64,000 nt of DNA, taken from contig JANQNK010000001.1 in assembly GCA_028279595.1 (NCBI GenBank), forward strand, positions 189,891-253,890. Direction: 5' to 3'. Positions 9,673 through 18,198 of this stretch are shown piece by piece. The position numbers and the translations under genes are program-made. The notes under the pieces were generated by a model. It searched no databases. It had not been told where the DNA came from and saw only the letters and a program-made list of their open reading frames with translations. The stretch is from Thermoplasmatota archaeon (GTDB lineage: Archaea; Thermoplasmatota; JAKEGO01). The number at the start of each line of letters is the position of its first letter. Position 1 is the first letter of the stretch.

Positions 9673-12186
9673 ATGGGCGTCAGACTGACGATCAACGGAG
9701 ACGCTGTCGAAGCGGAGGATGGAACGACCATCCTTGAGGCCGCCGGATCGGCCGAGACATACATTCCGAGGCTATGCTATCATCCCAGTCTCGGGAGTTC
9801 CCACGGACAGGAGCCTGTCGAAGCCGTGTACCGCGAGGACGGCGAGTTCCGGAACGACGGGTCCGGACCCGATGACGGATACGAAGGTTGTCGACTGTGT
9901 CTCGTCGAGATCCAGGGGCGCGACGGTCTCTTCACCGCCTGCGATACCGCGATCGAGGACGGCATGATCGTCGAGACGGAGACGGAAAGGATCAAGGCAG
10001 AGAGGATGACCAACCTCGCCGGGATCCTGAAGGACCATCCCCACGCATGTCTGAGGTGCGCGCAGCAGGAGGGCTGTTCGCGGACCCAGTGTTCGACGAA
10101 CGTGCCCGAGGACGAGCGTTGCTGTCCACTGCTTGGGCACTGCGAACTGCAGAAGGTCTCGAACTACGTCGGCGTCCGCGAGGACCTGACCAAGTACGTG
10201 TTCGCCGACCTCCCCAGGCACGACGACGAACCACTCTTCACACGAGATTACAATCTATGCATCTCATGTCTAAGGTGCGTGCGGGCATGCCGCGACCTTC
10301 GCGGTGTGGACGCGCTCGGTTACGTCTTCCAGGACGGCAAGGCCGTGGTCGGACCGACGATGAACCTGAGCTATTCCGAGTCGGATTGCCGTTTCTGCGG
10401 AGCGTGCGCCGAGGTCTGCCCGACCGGGACGATCATGGACAAGGACCTCCCGAAGGGAGAGAGGGAGGACGTCCTTCTGCCATGTGTTGCGAACTGCCCT
10501 GCTGGTGTCGACATCCCGAGGTACATGGACCTGATATCCAATGGAGAGTTCTCGACGGCCAACGCCGTTGTCGCCGAGAGGATACCGTTCCCGGGGGTCC
10601 TCGGGCGTATCTGCTTCCATCCATGCGAGGATGAATGCAGGCGGAGCGAACTCAATGCGCCGATGGGCATCTGCGGACTGAAGTGGTTCGCATCGGACAA
10701 CGCGGATGCACCTTCTGTATCAGCCAAGCCATCGACAGGGAAGACCGTCGCTGTGATCGGAAGCGGTCCGGCCGGTCTATCGGCAGCGTACTATCTCGCA
10801 GGATCGGGACATGCTGTCACCGTTTTCGAGGCCGAGGAGAAGCCTGGCGGGATGCTCAGATACGCGATCCCTGATTACAGGCTCCCGCCAGACCTGCTTG
10901 ATTCGGAGCTATCCGTCTTCGAACGGCTCGGTGTGACACTCAAGACCGGTACCAGGGTCGGCGGCGACGGCCTCAAGATCGGTGATATCCAGAACGATTT
11001 CGACGCTGTCTTCGTCGGAACCGGCGCATGCCTCAGCAAGCGGATCCCCGTCGAGGGCGCGGAACTCGAGAACGTTCTCTGGGGTCTAGATTTCCTGAAG
11101 GATGTGAAGACGGGCGCCATTGATTCCCTGGCAGGCCGCGTTCTCGTGATCGGCGGTGGCAACGTCGCGATCGATGTGGCACGTTCGGCCATCCGTCTCG
11201 GTGCTGAAGAGGTCCAGCTGGCCTGCCTCGAGGCGAGGGATGAGATGCCCGCACATGGCTGGGAGATCGAGGAAGCCGGCGAGGAGGGCGTTGTCATGCA
11301 TCCGTCGTGGGGGCCCAGGAGGATCCTTGGAGACGTCGGCGTCATGGGCATCGAACTGGTCAAATGCACCTCGGTCTTCGACATGGACGGCTGTTTCGCC
11401 CCCGAGTTCGACGGGTCAGAGACGATGACGATCGAAACCGACATGGTCATAATGGCCATCGGCCAGACGGCCGACCTGACGTGCATCGAGGACGCTGGTA
11501 TCGAGACGAGCGCGGGTACTGTCTGTGTCGAGGGGTGCGAGACCGGCGACAAGGGAACCTTTGCTGGCGGAGAGGTCTCAAGAGGACCATCGTCCGTCGT
11601 CGAGGCCGTCGCCGACGGCGCCATGGCCGCGGCCGCCATCGACATCCACCTTGGTGGCGACGGCGACATATATTCGCCCTTCATGGTCCCGGGAGAGCCC
11701 GATCCGAACGTCGGTCATGTCGAGGGATTCGCAGCGATGGAACGGATCGATATTCCCAAGAGGGATATTGATGAGAGGAAAGCCTGCTTCGACCAGGTCG
11801 AAATGGGATACTCCGAGGACCAGGCAAGGGCAGAGGCCGTCCGTTGCCTTCGATGCGACCTGAGGCTCCTGATAGAGCCGGTTACCCTGCCGCCTGATAT
11901 GTGGATGGAGCTGAACGAGGAGAACGTTGCAGAGGTGCCGGCGATAGAGGGCGTCGTCCAGCTCCTCAACGAGGAGAAGATGATAATCGTGATCCAGGGG
12001 ACCCAGGACATGCATGCGGAGCTCGAGGCGAAGCTGGGTACCGAAACGAAGGCGAGATATTTCGGCATCGACGCCGATCCCATGTATTCGAAGAGGGAGA
12101 ACGAGCTGATGCAGATGTTCCTGCAGCAGTTCGGGAAGATGCCGGAAGGCGACGGAGAGGGAGACGATCTTGATGACCTGTTCTGA
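9673..12186 (+). CDS. bzdV: BzdV-like NAD(P)H:ferredoxin oxidoreductase (2Fe-2S, 4Fe-4S and GltD-like FAD domains)
   Basis: IPRLC..GCRLC, several CxxCxxC motifs, GRICFHPCE, GSGPAG, GGGNVAID; start ATG 9673. Confidence 0.75.
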   Translation: MGVRLTINGDAVEAEDGTTILEAAGSAETYIPRLCYHPSLGSSHGQEPVEAVYREDGEFRNDGSGPDDGYEGCRLCLVEIQGRDGLFTACDTAIEDGMIVETETERIKAERMTNLAGILKDHPHACLRCAQQEGCSRTQCSTNVPEDERCCPLLGHCELQKVSNYVGVREDLTKYVFADLPRHDDEPLFTRDYNLCISCLRCVRACRDLRGVDALGYVFQDGKAVVGPTMNLSYSESDCRFCGACAEVCPTGTIMDKDLPKGEREDVLLPCVANCPAGVDIPRYMDLISNGEFSTANAVVAERIPFPGVLGRICFHPCEDECRRSELNAPMGICGLKWFASDNADAPSVSAKPSTGKTVAVIGSGPAGLSAAYYLAGSGHAVTVFEAEEKPGGMLRYAIPDYRLPPDLLDSELSVFERLGVTLKTGTRVGGDGLKIGDIQNDFDAVFVGTGACLSKRIPVEGAELENVLWGLDFLKDVKTGAIDSLAGRVLVIGGGNVAIDVARSAIRLGAEEVQLACLEARDEMPAHGWEIEEAGEEGVVMHPSWGPRRILGDVGVMGIELVKCTSVFDMDGCFAPEFDGSETMTIETDMVIMAIGQTADLTCIEDAGIETSAGTVCVEGCETGDKGTFAGGEVSRGPSSVVEAVADGAMAAAAIDIHLGGDGDIYSPFMVPGEPDPNVGHVEGFAAMERIDIPKRDIDERKACFDQVEMGYSEDQARAEAVRCLRCDLRLLIEPVTLPPDMWMELNEENVAEVPAIEGVVQLLNEEKMIIVIQGTQDMHAELEAKLGTETKARYFGIDADPMYSKRENELMQMFLQQFGKMPEGDGEGDDLDDLF

Positions 12187-12198
12187 TGGAGGAAGTAC

Positions 12199-12468
12199 AT
12201 GGTGAGCGTCACCGAACTGCCGGAGGACCAGCTGGAACGTGAGGGCTGGGAGCGACGGTCGATACTGGACGATCCCAGACTATCAGAGGTCGTCGCCTCG
12301 TACGAGGAGATGGGTCTCGAGGTTGCCCTCAAGGACATCGACGGTGTGGAGGCCGACGCCTGCATCACATGTCTGGACGGGCCGATGGGCCGGTTCATGA
12401 TCGTGTACACCCGACCCGGTACGGGCCGGAGCAAGCTGGACGAATTGTTCGAGGGGGATGCAAAATGA
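12199..12468 (+). CDS. Small hypothetical protein with CxxC
   Basis: GGAGG RBS; stop overlaps the next start (ATGA); GWERR..DPRLSE..YEEMGLEV..CITC..IVYTR. Confidence 0.7.
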   Translation: MVSVTELPEDQLEREGWERRSILDDPRLSEVVASYEEMGLEVALKDIDGVEADACITCLDGPMGRFMIVYTRPGTGRSKLDELFEGDAK

Positions 12469-13091
12469 TACTGGAGAAGCTGGTCGTCGGTCCGATCGGA
12501 GCGAACTGCTTCATCATCGGAGACTCTGGAGAGGGCGCCGTGATAGATCCAGGAGGAGACCCTGAAAAGGTCATCAGGGCCGTCCGCGCCACGGAACTCA
12601 AGATCAAATACGTCATTGCCACCCACGGCCACTTCGACCATACCGGTGCGATCGGTCCGGTCGTGGAAGCCCTCGGGTGCGAGTTCCTCATGCACGAGGA
12701 GGACCTCTTCTTCGCACGGGACTCGGTCACATCCGCCCGGAGATGGGGCGTCGTGGTCGATCAGGTCCCGGATCCGGACCGGTTCATCGTGGACGGCGAC
12801 ATTATCGAGATAGGCTCACTCCAGATGAAGGTCATCCATACGCCTGGCCATTCTCCCGGCGGTGTGTCACTGTACATTGGATCGGAGGGCGCTCTCTTCG
12901 CCGGTGACACGCTATTCCAACGCTCCATCGGCCGGACCGACTTCAGACAGGGCTCCATGGAGGTGCTCCTGCGGTCGATACGGGAGAGGATATTCGAGCT
13001 TCCTCCCGAGACGGTCGTTTACACAGGCCATGGTCCCGAGACGACGGTCGACGAGGAGAGCAGGATGAACCCGTTCGCGAGGTTGAGGTGA
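12465..13091 (+). CDS. MBL-fold metallo-hydrolase (glyoxalase II-like)
   Basis: THGHFDH, TPGHSPG, GDTLF, GHGP. Confidence 0.9.
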   Translation: MILEKLVVGPIGANCFIIGDSGEGAVIDPGGDPEKVIRAVRATELKIKYVIATHGHFDHTGAIGPVVEALGCEFLMHEEDLFFARDSVTSARRWGVVVDQVPDPDRFIVDGDIIEIGSLQMKVIHTPGHSPGGVSLYIGSEGALFAGDTLFQRSIGRTDFRQGSMEVLLRSIRERIFELPPETVVYTGHGPETTVDEESRMNPFARLR

Positions 13092-13834
13092 TGGACTCCA
13101 TGGAACGCCTCAGGGAGATCGTCGAGACATCAGACAGGATAGTCGCGTTCACCGGCGCCGGTCTGTCCGCCGAGAGCGGGATCCCGACCTATCGTGGCGC
13201 GGGCGGGCTCTGGACCAAGTACGATCCCAACATCTACGCCAACATCGACCATTTCCTCAGGGACCCGACCTACTACTGGAACTTCTTCCAGGAGGTCAGG
13301 TATCCCATCATAAGCCAGGCGCAACCCAACCCAGCGCACGATGCGCTCGTCGAGCTAGAGAGGCGTAAGCTGCTGAAGACGGTCATCACCCAGAACATCG
13401 ACGGGCTGCACCAGATGGCAGGCTCGCAGAACGTGATCGAACTTCACGGGAACACCAGAAGGATAGGGTGCATGGAGTGCGGAAAGGAGTATTCCATGGA
13501 CGAGGTCTACGGCAAACTTCAGGACCAGCTCCCTCCCAGGTGCGATTGTAGCGGGGGATTGAAACCCAGGGTCGTCTTCTTCGGCGAATCACTGCCGTTC
13601 GAGGCACTGGAAGGAGCGAACGACGCGGTCAAGGACTGCGATGCATGTCTTGTCGTCGGCTCGTCCCTCGTCGTGTATCCTGCGGCAATGCTGCCGGTAC
13701 TGGCGTCCGAGAAGGGCGCGCGCTTGGCCATAATCAATATCGATCCGACGCCACTGGACCACATGGCGGAGGTCGTGATCAACGACAGTGCCGGGGACGT
13801 ACTCCATACCGTGGTCAAGGGAGGCTTCGAATGA
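13088..13834 (+). CDS. cobB: NAD-dependent protein deacylase (sirtuin)
   Basis: TGAGLSAESGIPTYRG, TQNIDGLH, ELHGN, Zn-binding CxxC...CxC, GSSLVVYPAA. Confidence 0.92.
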   Translation: MMDSMERLREIVETSDRIVAFTGAGLSAESGIPTYRGAGGLWTKYDPNIYANIDHFLRDPTYYWNFFQEVRYPIISQAQPNPAHDALVELERRKLLKTVITQNIDGLHQMAGSQNVIELHGNTRRIGCMECGKEYSMDEVYGKLQDQLPPRCDCSGGLKPRVVFFGESLPFEALEGANDAVKDCDACLVVGSSLVVYPAAMLPVLASEKGARLAIINIDPTPLDHMAEVVINDSAGDVLHTVVKGGFE

Positions 13835-13864
13835 CGTTAAATCCATGTAATCGGAGGAGGCGGT

Positions 13865-15694
13865 ACGACGTTCAATAAGCTAGGGATCGTGGACATGACG
13901 AAGGGGAACGTGAAGATCACCGAGACCCCGGAGGAGATCCGGAGACTCTTCCTGGGAGGACGCGGTCTCAACGGGTACTACCTCTACAAGATGATGAAGC
14001 CGGGAATGGACCCGCTGAGTCCGGACAATGTCCTCATCTTCGGAACTGGTCTCCTCTCGGGGACCCTGATTCCGAACTCGTCGAGGTTCAGCGTCACGGC
14101 GCGGTCGCCCGAGACAGGCTTCTTCGGCGATGCGAACTGCGGCGGATACTTCTCGGCCGAACTTCGATACGCCGGCTTCGACAGGATCATAGTCCTTGGA
14201 AAGGCAGACCGGCCATCCTACCTTCACGTCCACGACGGTGAGATCGAGATCATGGACGCTGTCGACTACTGGGGAATGGATACTACGGACGTCCAGCTGG
14301 CCCTCCGGAAGGACCTCGGACACGTGGAATCCGCGGTCTGCGGCGTCGCAGGCGAGAACCTTGTCAGGTTCGCCTGCGTGAGAACCGGGATCAAGAACGC
14401 GGCCGGCAGGTGCGGGCTCGGTGCCGTGATGGGTTCGAAGAACCTCAAGGCCATCGCCGCCCGGGGCCGTGGCGGGGTTGAGATAGCCAACCCTGACGAG
14501 ATGTTCGAGGTATGCGAGGAGTTGAAGGACTACATCATGGGTTCCAAGATAACTTCGATCCTCGGGACCGTCGGGACACCGCTGCTCTACGAGGTCAGCA
14601 ACGCCCTTGGCGCCATCAGGACGAAGAACAGCCAGCTCAACGCGTGGTCGGACTCGCTCAATGCGGACGAGATCGAGAAGCACGTCGACAAGATGATCTC
14701 CTGCTCCTCCTGCATCGTCCACTGCCGTCACAGGAACTCGCTCGGGGGCGAGGGTCCGGAGTACACCGCGCTCGGCCTCCTCGGCTCCAACCTAGGGATA
14801 GAGGACCCTGCCGAGGTCATCGAGCTCAACAACGTCTGCAACGAACTCGGTCTGGACATATCATCCTCCGGGACATATCTGGCCTGGGCATACGAGCTCT
14901 ACGAACGTGGAATCATCGGGAAGGACATGACCGGTGAGGACCTCCGGTTCGGCGATTTCGATCTGTCCAGGAGGCTGCTTCACGATATATCGAGGCGGGA
15001 AGGGTTCGGGGACATCGTAGCGGAAGGCAGTTTGAACTTCGAAAGGTACGGTCCGGAGTCCAAGGACTACCTTATCGCCGTCAAGGGCCTTCCGCAGAGC
15101 GATCCCCATGACGTCCGCTACATCAAGGCCTTCGCCCTAGGCATCGCGACTGCGTCCCGGGGTGCCGACCATCTCAGGAGCCGACCTACCCTCGAGATAT
15201 TCCTGAAACTTCCTCCGGAGGTGAAGCAGCGGATCTACGGAGAGGGCGTCAACAACGATCCAGCGTCGTACGAGGCGAAGGAGAAATCGGTCTACTTCTC
15301 CGACAACATGTTCGCGTCCATTGACACCGTCGGGATCTGCAAGTTCATCTGCCACGGCTTCAACAGCCCGCACTTCGTCGACTACTCGTGGTTGACCCGG
15401 TTGATACACGCTGCAGTCGGATGGGACTACACAGAGGCTGACATCGAGGCGGTCGGGAAGCGCGTCATCGACATGGAGAGGATGTTCAACATCCGTGAAG
15501 GACTGACCATGGCGGACGACACACTTCCGAAGCGCTACTTCGACGATCCCTCGAAACTGAAGATCGCCAAGGGCCATCACATCGACAGGAAGGAGTTCGA
15601 TGGGATGTTGTCCAGATACTACGAACTGAGGAACTGGACCGAGGACGGCATGGTCAAGCCGGAAAGGCGGGCCGAACTGGAGGGATACCTATGA
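13865..15694 (+). CDS. W/Mo-dependent aldehyde:ferredoxin oxidoreductase family catalytic subunit (start uncertain; first canonical start is 13889)
   Basis: LGGRG, ARSPETG, GRCGLGAVMGSKNLKA, GPEY, GLD, ERMFN..EG....DTLP; homology appears to extend upstream to ACG 13865. Confidence 0.88.
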   Translation, partial: TTFNKLGIVDMTKGNVKITETPEEIRRLFLGGRGLNGYYLYKMMKPGMDPLSPDNVLIFGTGLLSGTLIPNSSRFSVTARSPETGFFGDANCGGYFSAELRYAGFDRIIVLGKADRPSYLHVHDGEIEIMDAVDYWGMDTTDVQLALRKDLGHVESAVCGVAGENLVRFACVRTGIKNAAGRCGLGAVMGSKNLKAIAARGRGGVEIANPDEMFEVCEELKDYIMGSKITSILGTVGTPLLYEVSNALGAIRTKNSQLNAWSDSLNADEIEKHVDKMISCSSCIVHCRHRNSLGGEGPEYTALGLLGSNLGIEDPAEVIELNNVCNELGLDISSSGTYLAWAYELYERGIIGKDMTGEDLRFGDFDLSRRLLHDISRREGFGDIVAEGSLNFERYGPESKDYLIAVKGLPQSDPHDVRYIKAFALGIATASRGADHLRSRPTLEIFLKLPPEVKQRIYGEGVNNDPASYEAKEKSVYFSDNMFASIDTVGICKFICHGFNSPHFVDYSWLTRLIHAAVGWDYTEADIEAVGKRVIDMERMFNIREGLTMADDTLPKRYFDDPSKLKIAKGHHIDRKEFDGMLSRYYELRNWTEDGMVKPERRAELEGYL

Positions 15695-16149
15695 AGTACC
15701 TCTACGCCTTCCCCGAGAAGTGCACTGGCTGCAGGGAATGCACTCTCGCTTGCTCCCTCAAGTTCTTCGGAGAGTGCAATCCGAAGAAGGCCGCGATATC
15801 TGTCATAAGGGACGAGTTCCGCCGCTACGAATATCCGATGATATGCTACCAGTGCGAGGACCCCGTCTGCCTGAAGTATTGCCACCAGAACGCGTACGAG
15901 ATAGTGGACGGCGTCGTGATCCGGGACGACGACAGATGCATCGGCTGTCGGATGTGCGCGGTACTCTGCCCTTACAACGCCATATCTGCGATAGATGGTG
16001 AGATTATCAAGTGCGACCTTTGTGACGGCGATCCGAAGTGCGTGAAGTACTGCTCCACCGAAGCCATCCAGTACCTCGACGAGACCGATGAACTGGAGGC
16101 CAGAAGGAAGCAGATGGCAGAGAGGGTGCTAGGGATCGCCTCTGATTGA
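15691..16149 (+). CDS. Multi-[4Fe-4S] electron-transfer subunit of the aldehyde oxidoreductase
   Basis: Four Cys clusters (CTGCRECTLAC, CYQC..C..C, CIGCRMC..CP, CDLC..C..C); overlaps the AOR stop. Confidence 0.88.
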   Translation: MKYLYAFPEKCTGCRECTLACSLKFFGECNPKKAAISVIRDEFRRYEYPMICYQCEDPVCLKYCHQNAYEIVDGVVIRDDDRCIGCRMCAVLCPYNAISAIDGEIIKCDLCDGDPKCVKYCSTEAIQYLDETDELEARRKQMAERVLGIASD

Positions 16150-16956
16150 TCACTTCACCGCCGCGCACCAGCCCCATCTCTGTACGTAGCTGCCACCGGC
16201 CATGCCTTCGAAGTGGTCCAACAGTTCGTTCAACTTGGCGATCCTTTCCTTGTACCCGGTCTTCGGCCAGAGTCCAGCTGATTGTGCAGGGATGGAATAG
16301 AACGATTGCACCTCTGCTCTGGGCATCCCGATCTCATCCAGTCCCGTGCTCACAAGGGAAAACCCTGTGCCCTCAAGCAGTACTGAAAGCTCACTCGGGT
16401 CAATGATGGACCTGCCGTATGGGGCGCATCCCAACCCCTCAATCTGAGCTGAGATGCAGAGGTCGATGTTCCCGGAAGCGTCTGTCGTCCCGACCAGGTA
16501 GTTCATCCCGATGACACCTCCCTTCGGCAGAATGTCGAATGCCGACGAGATCGTGCGAAGAGGTGTAGGCATGAGGAAGATGCTCGCATTGTAGAGGATC
16601 GCATCGGGACGCGGTCCGTTGACCAGTTCCAGATGATCGGCGTCCTGATGGACGTAGGAGACATTCCCTTTGGACCTCCGTCGTGTGATGGCGATCTCGA
16701 GCATCTCGGATGAGAAGTCGATCCCGAGGACCTTTCCGTCTGTGCCAACGATCCCGGCAAGGGCCTCTGTCGAGATCCCGGTACCACACCCGACGTCCCA
16801 TAGTGTCATTCCCTCCCCGATGCCGCATGACCGGGCCAGTCCATTCGCGAGGTCGGTGAAGAGGCCGTACTTGCCTTCGAACTCCTCTGTCAACTCAGCT
16901 GAATCATTGAAGTTCGATAGAACGGCGTTCTTCACGACCTCCGGATCAAATGGCAA
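16150..16956 (-). CDS. Class I SAM-dependent methyltransferase
   Basis: DVGCGTG, GIDFSSEML; TTG start with GAGGTGA RBS. Confidence 0.8.
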   Translation of the reverse strand: MPFDPEVVKNAVLSNFNDSAELTEEFEGKYGLFTDLANGLARSCGIGEGMTLWDVGCGTGISTEALAGIVGTDGKVLGIDFSSEMLEIAITRRRSKGNVSYVHQDADHLELVNGPRPDAILYNASIFLMPTPLRTISSAFDILPKGGVIGMNYLVGTTDASGNIDLCISAQIEGLGCAPYGRSIIDPSELSVLLEGTGFSLVSTGLDEIGMPRAEVQSFYSIPAQSAGLWPKTGYKERIAKLNELLDHFEGMAGGSYVQRWGWCAAVK

Positions 16957-16965
16957 TCGGTCACC

Positions 16966-18198
16966 TCACAATTCCCCGGACCTGAGGGCCTCTGGGTCGA
17001 TGACGAGGTCGTCGTCCAGCAATCTTTCACCGAGTCCTGACACGTCGATCCCCCTGGTCATCAGACCGTATATCGGTCCGGTGTTCCTGATGCTCCCGAT
17101 GAACTGGACGCCCTGCATCCTCCCGTCAGAGACCATGATCTTCTTGTGATGGTGCGGTGTGGTCCGGACGAGCGTCTCTACCTCGCCAAGCTGTTCGCTC
17201 GTCATGCCCATGGTGATGACAGGAGTATCGAAGACATCGAGTATGTTCACGATGTCGGCCCCAGCGTACTCGAGCGGTGTATCCGTCATGTTCGAACCCG
17301 CTATCCGCCCCTGTTCGATGGCGTTGGGCCAGATCGCGAATGAGCCAGTGCTCCCGGTGATCTGCTCCCTGACCTCCGCGATGTCTCCGGCGGCATATAT
17401 GTCGGGAACGTTGGTCATCATCGATCCGTCGACCACTATCCCTCTGTTCACCTCGATCCCGGTCCCGTCGAGGAAACCTACGTTCGGAGCGACACCGATG
17501 GCGACGACCACCATGTCGCAGGGTATCTCCCTCTCATTCAGGGAGACGCTCTCGACCCTGTCCTCTCCATTGACGGCCTTTACAGAATCGTTGACGATGA
17601 CATCGACTCCTCCCTTCTCGAGAAGTTCCTTGACGATCTCCGAACCGTCCGGGTCCAGCATCCGTGTGAGAACGTGCGGAAGGAGTTCCACCACGGTCAC
17701 CTCGATCCCGAGTTTCCTCAGCTCCGTGGCCGATTCGATGCCCATGAAGCCTCCGCCCACGACGACCGCTCTTTCAACACCTCGATCCGCGTGGTCCCGT
17801 ATTGCCAGGGTAGATCCGAGAGTGCCCATCACGTGGACCCCATCGAGCCCCAGGAGCTCCGGAGGTGCGATCGGCCTTGCGCCTGCCGATATCAGCAATC
17901 TATCGTATTCGACGGATCCGCCGTCCCCGAGCTGGACCGTTCTGCCCGAGACGTCGATCCCCGTGACCTCCGAGTCCAGCATCAACTCCGCCTTCATCTC
18001 AACGTAGTAATCCTTTTCGTATCTGATGATCGTGTCCTCGTCGATGTCCCCCGATATCAGGTTCGGTAGGGAGCATGGCGAGTACGCGGTGTAGCCTTCC
18101 CTTGAAATGATGACGATATCCGAATCTGTGTCGAGCTCCCTGATCGTCTGAAGTGCGCTTATCCCGGCCCCGCCGTTTCCTATTATGACGTACTTCAT
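16966..18198 (-). CDS. FAD/NAD(P)-dependent pyridine nucleotide-disulfide oxidoreductase family protein
   Basis: MKYVIIGNGGAG, YSPC, GGGFMGIE, IYAAGD; start ATG 18198 overlaps the upstream stop. Confidence 0.85.
   Translation of the reverse strand: MKYVIIGNGGAGISALQTIRELDTDSDIVIISREGYTAYSPCSLPNLISGDIDEDTIIRYEKDYYVEMKAELMLDSEVTGIDVSGRTVQLGDGGSVEYDRLLISAGARPIAPPELLGLDGVHVMGTLGSTLAIRDHADRGVERAVVVGGGFMGIESATELRKLGIEVTVVELLPHVLTRMLDPDGSEIVKELLEKGGVDVIVNDSVKAVNGEDRVESVSLNEREIPCDMVVVAIGVAPNVGFLDGTGIEVNRGIVVDGSMMTNVPDIYAAGDIAEVREQITGSTGSFAIWPNAIEQGRIAGSNMTDTPLEYAGADIVNILDVFDTPVITMGMTSEQLGEVETLVRTTPHHHKKIMVSDGRMQGVQFIGSIRNTGPIYGLMTRGIDVSGLGERLLDDDLVIDPEALRSGEL

Noticed and set aside
13865-16149. Class II benzoyl-CoA reductase BamBC
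   Set aside because: No HdrA/MvhD-like BamDEF genes, a class I BCR is already present, and the sequence looks like a general AOR; phylogeny is needed for certainty
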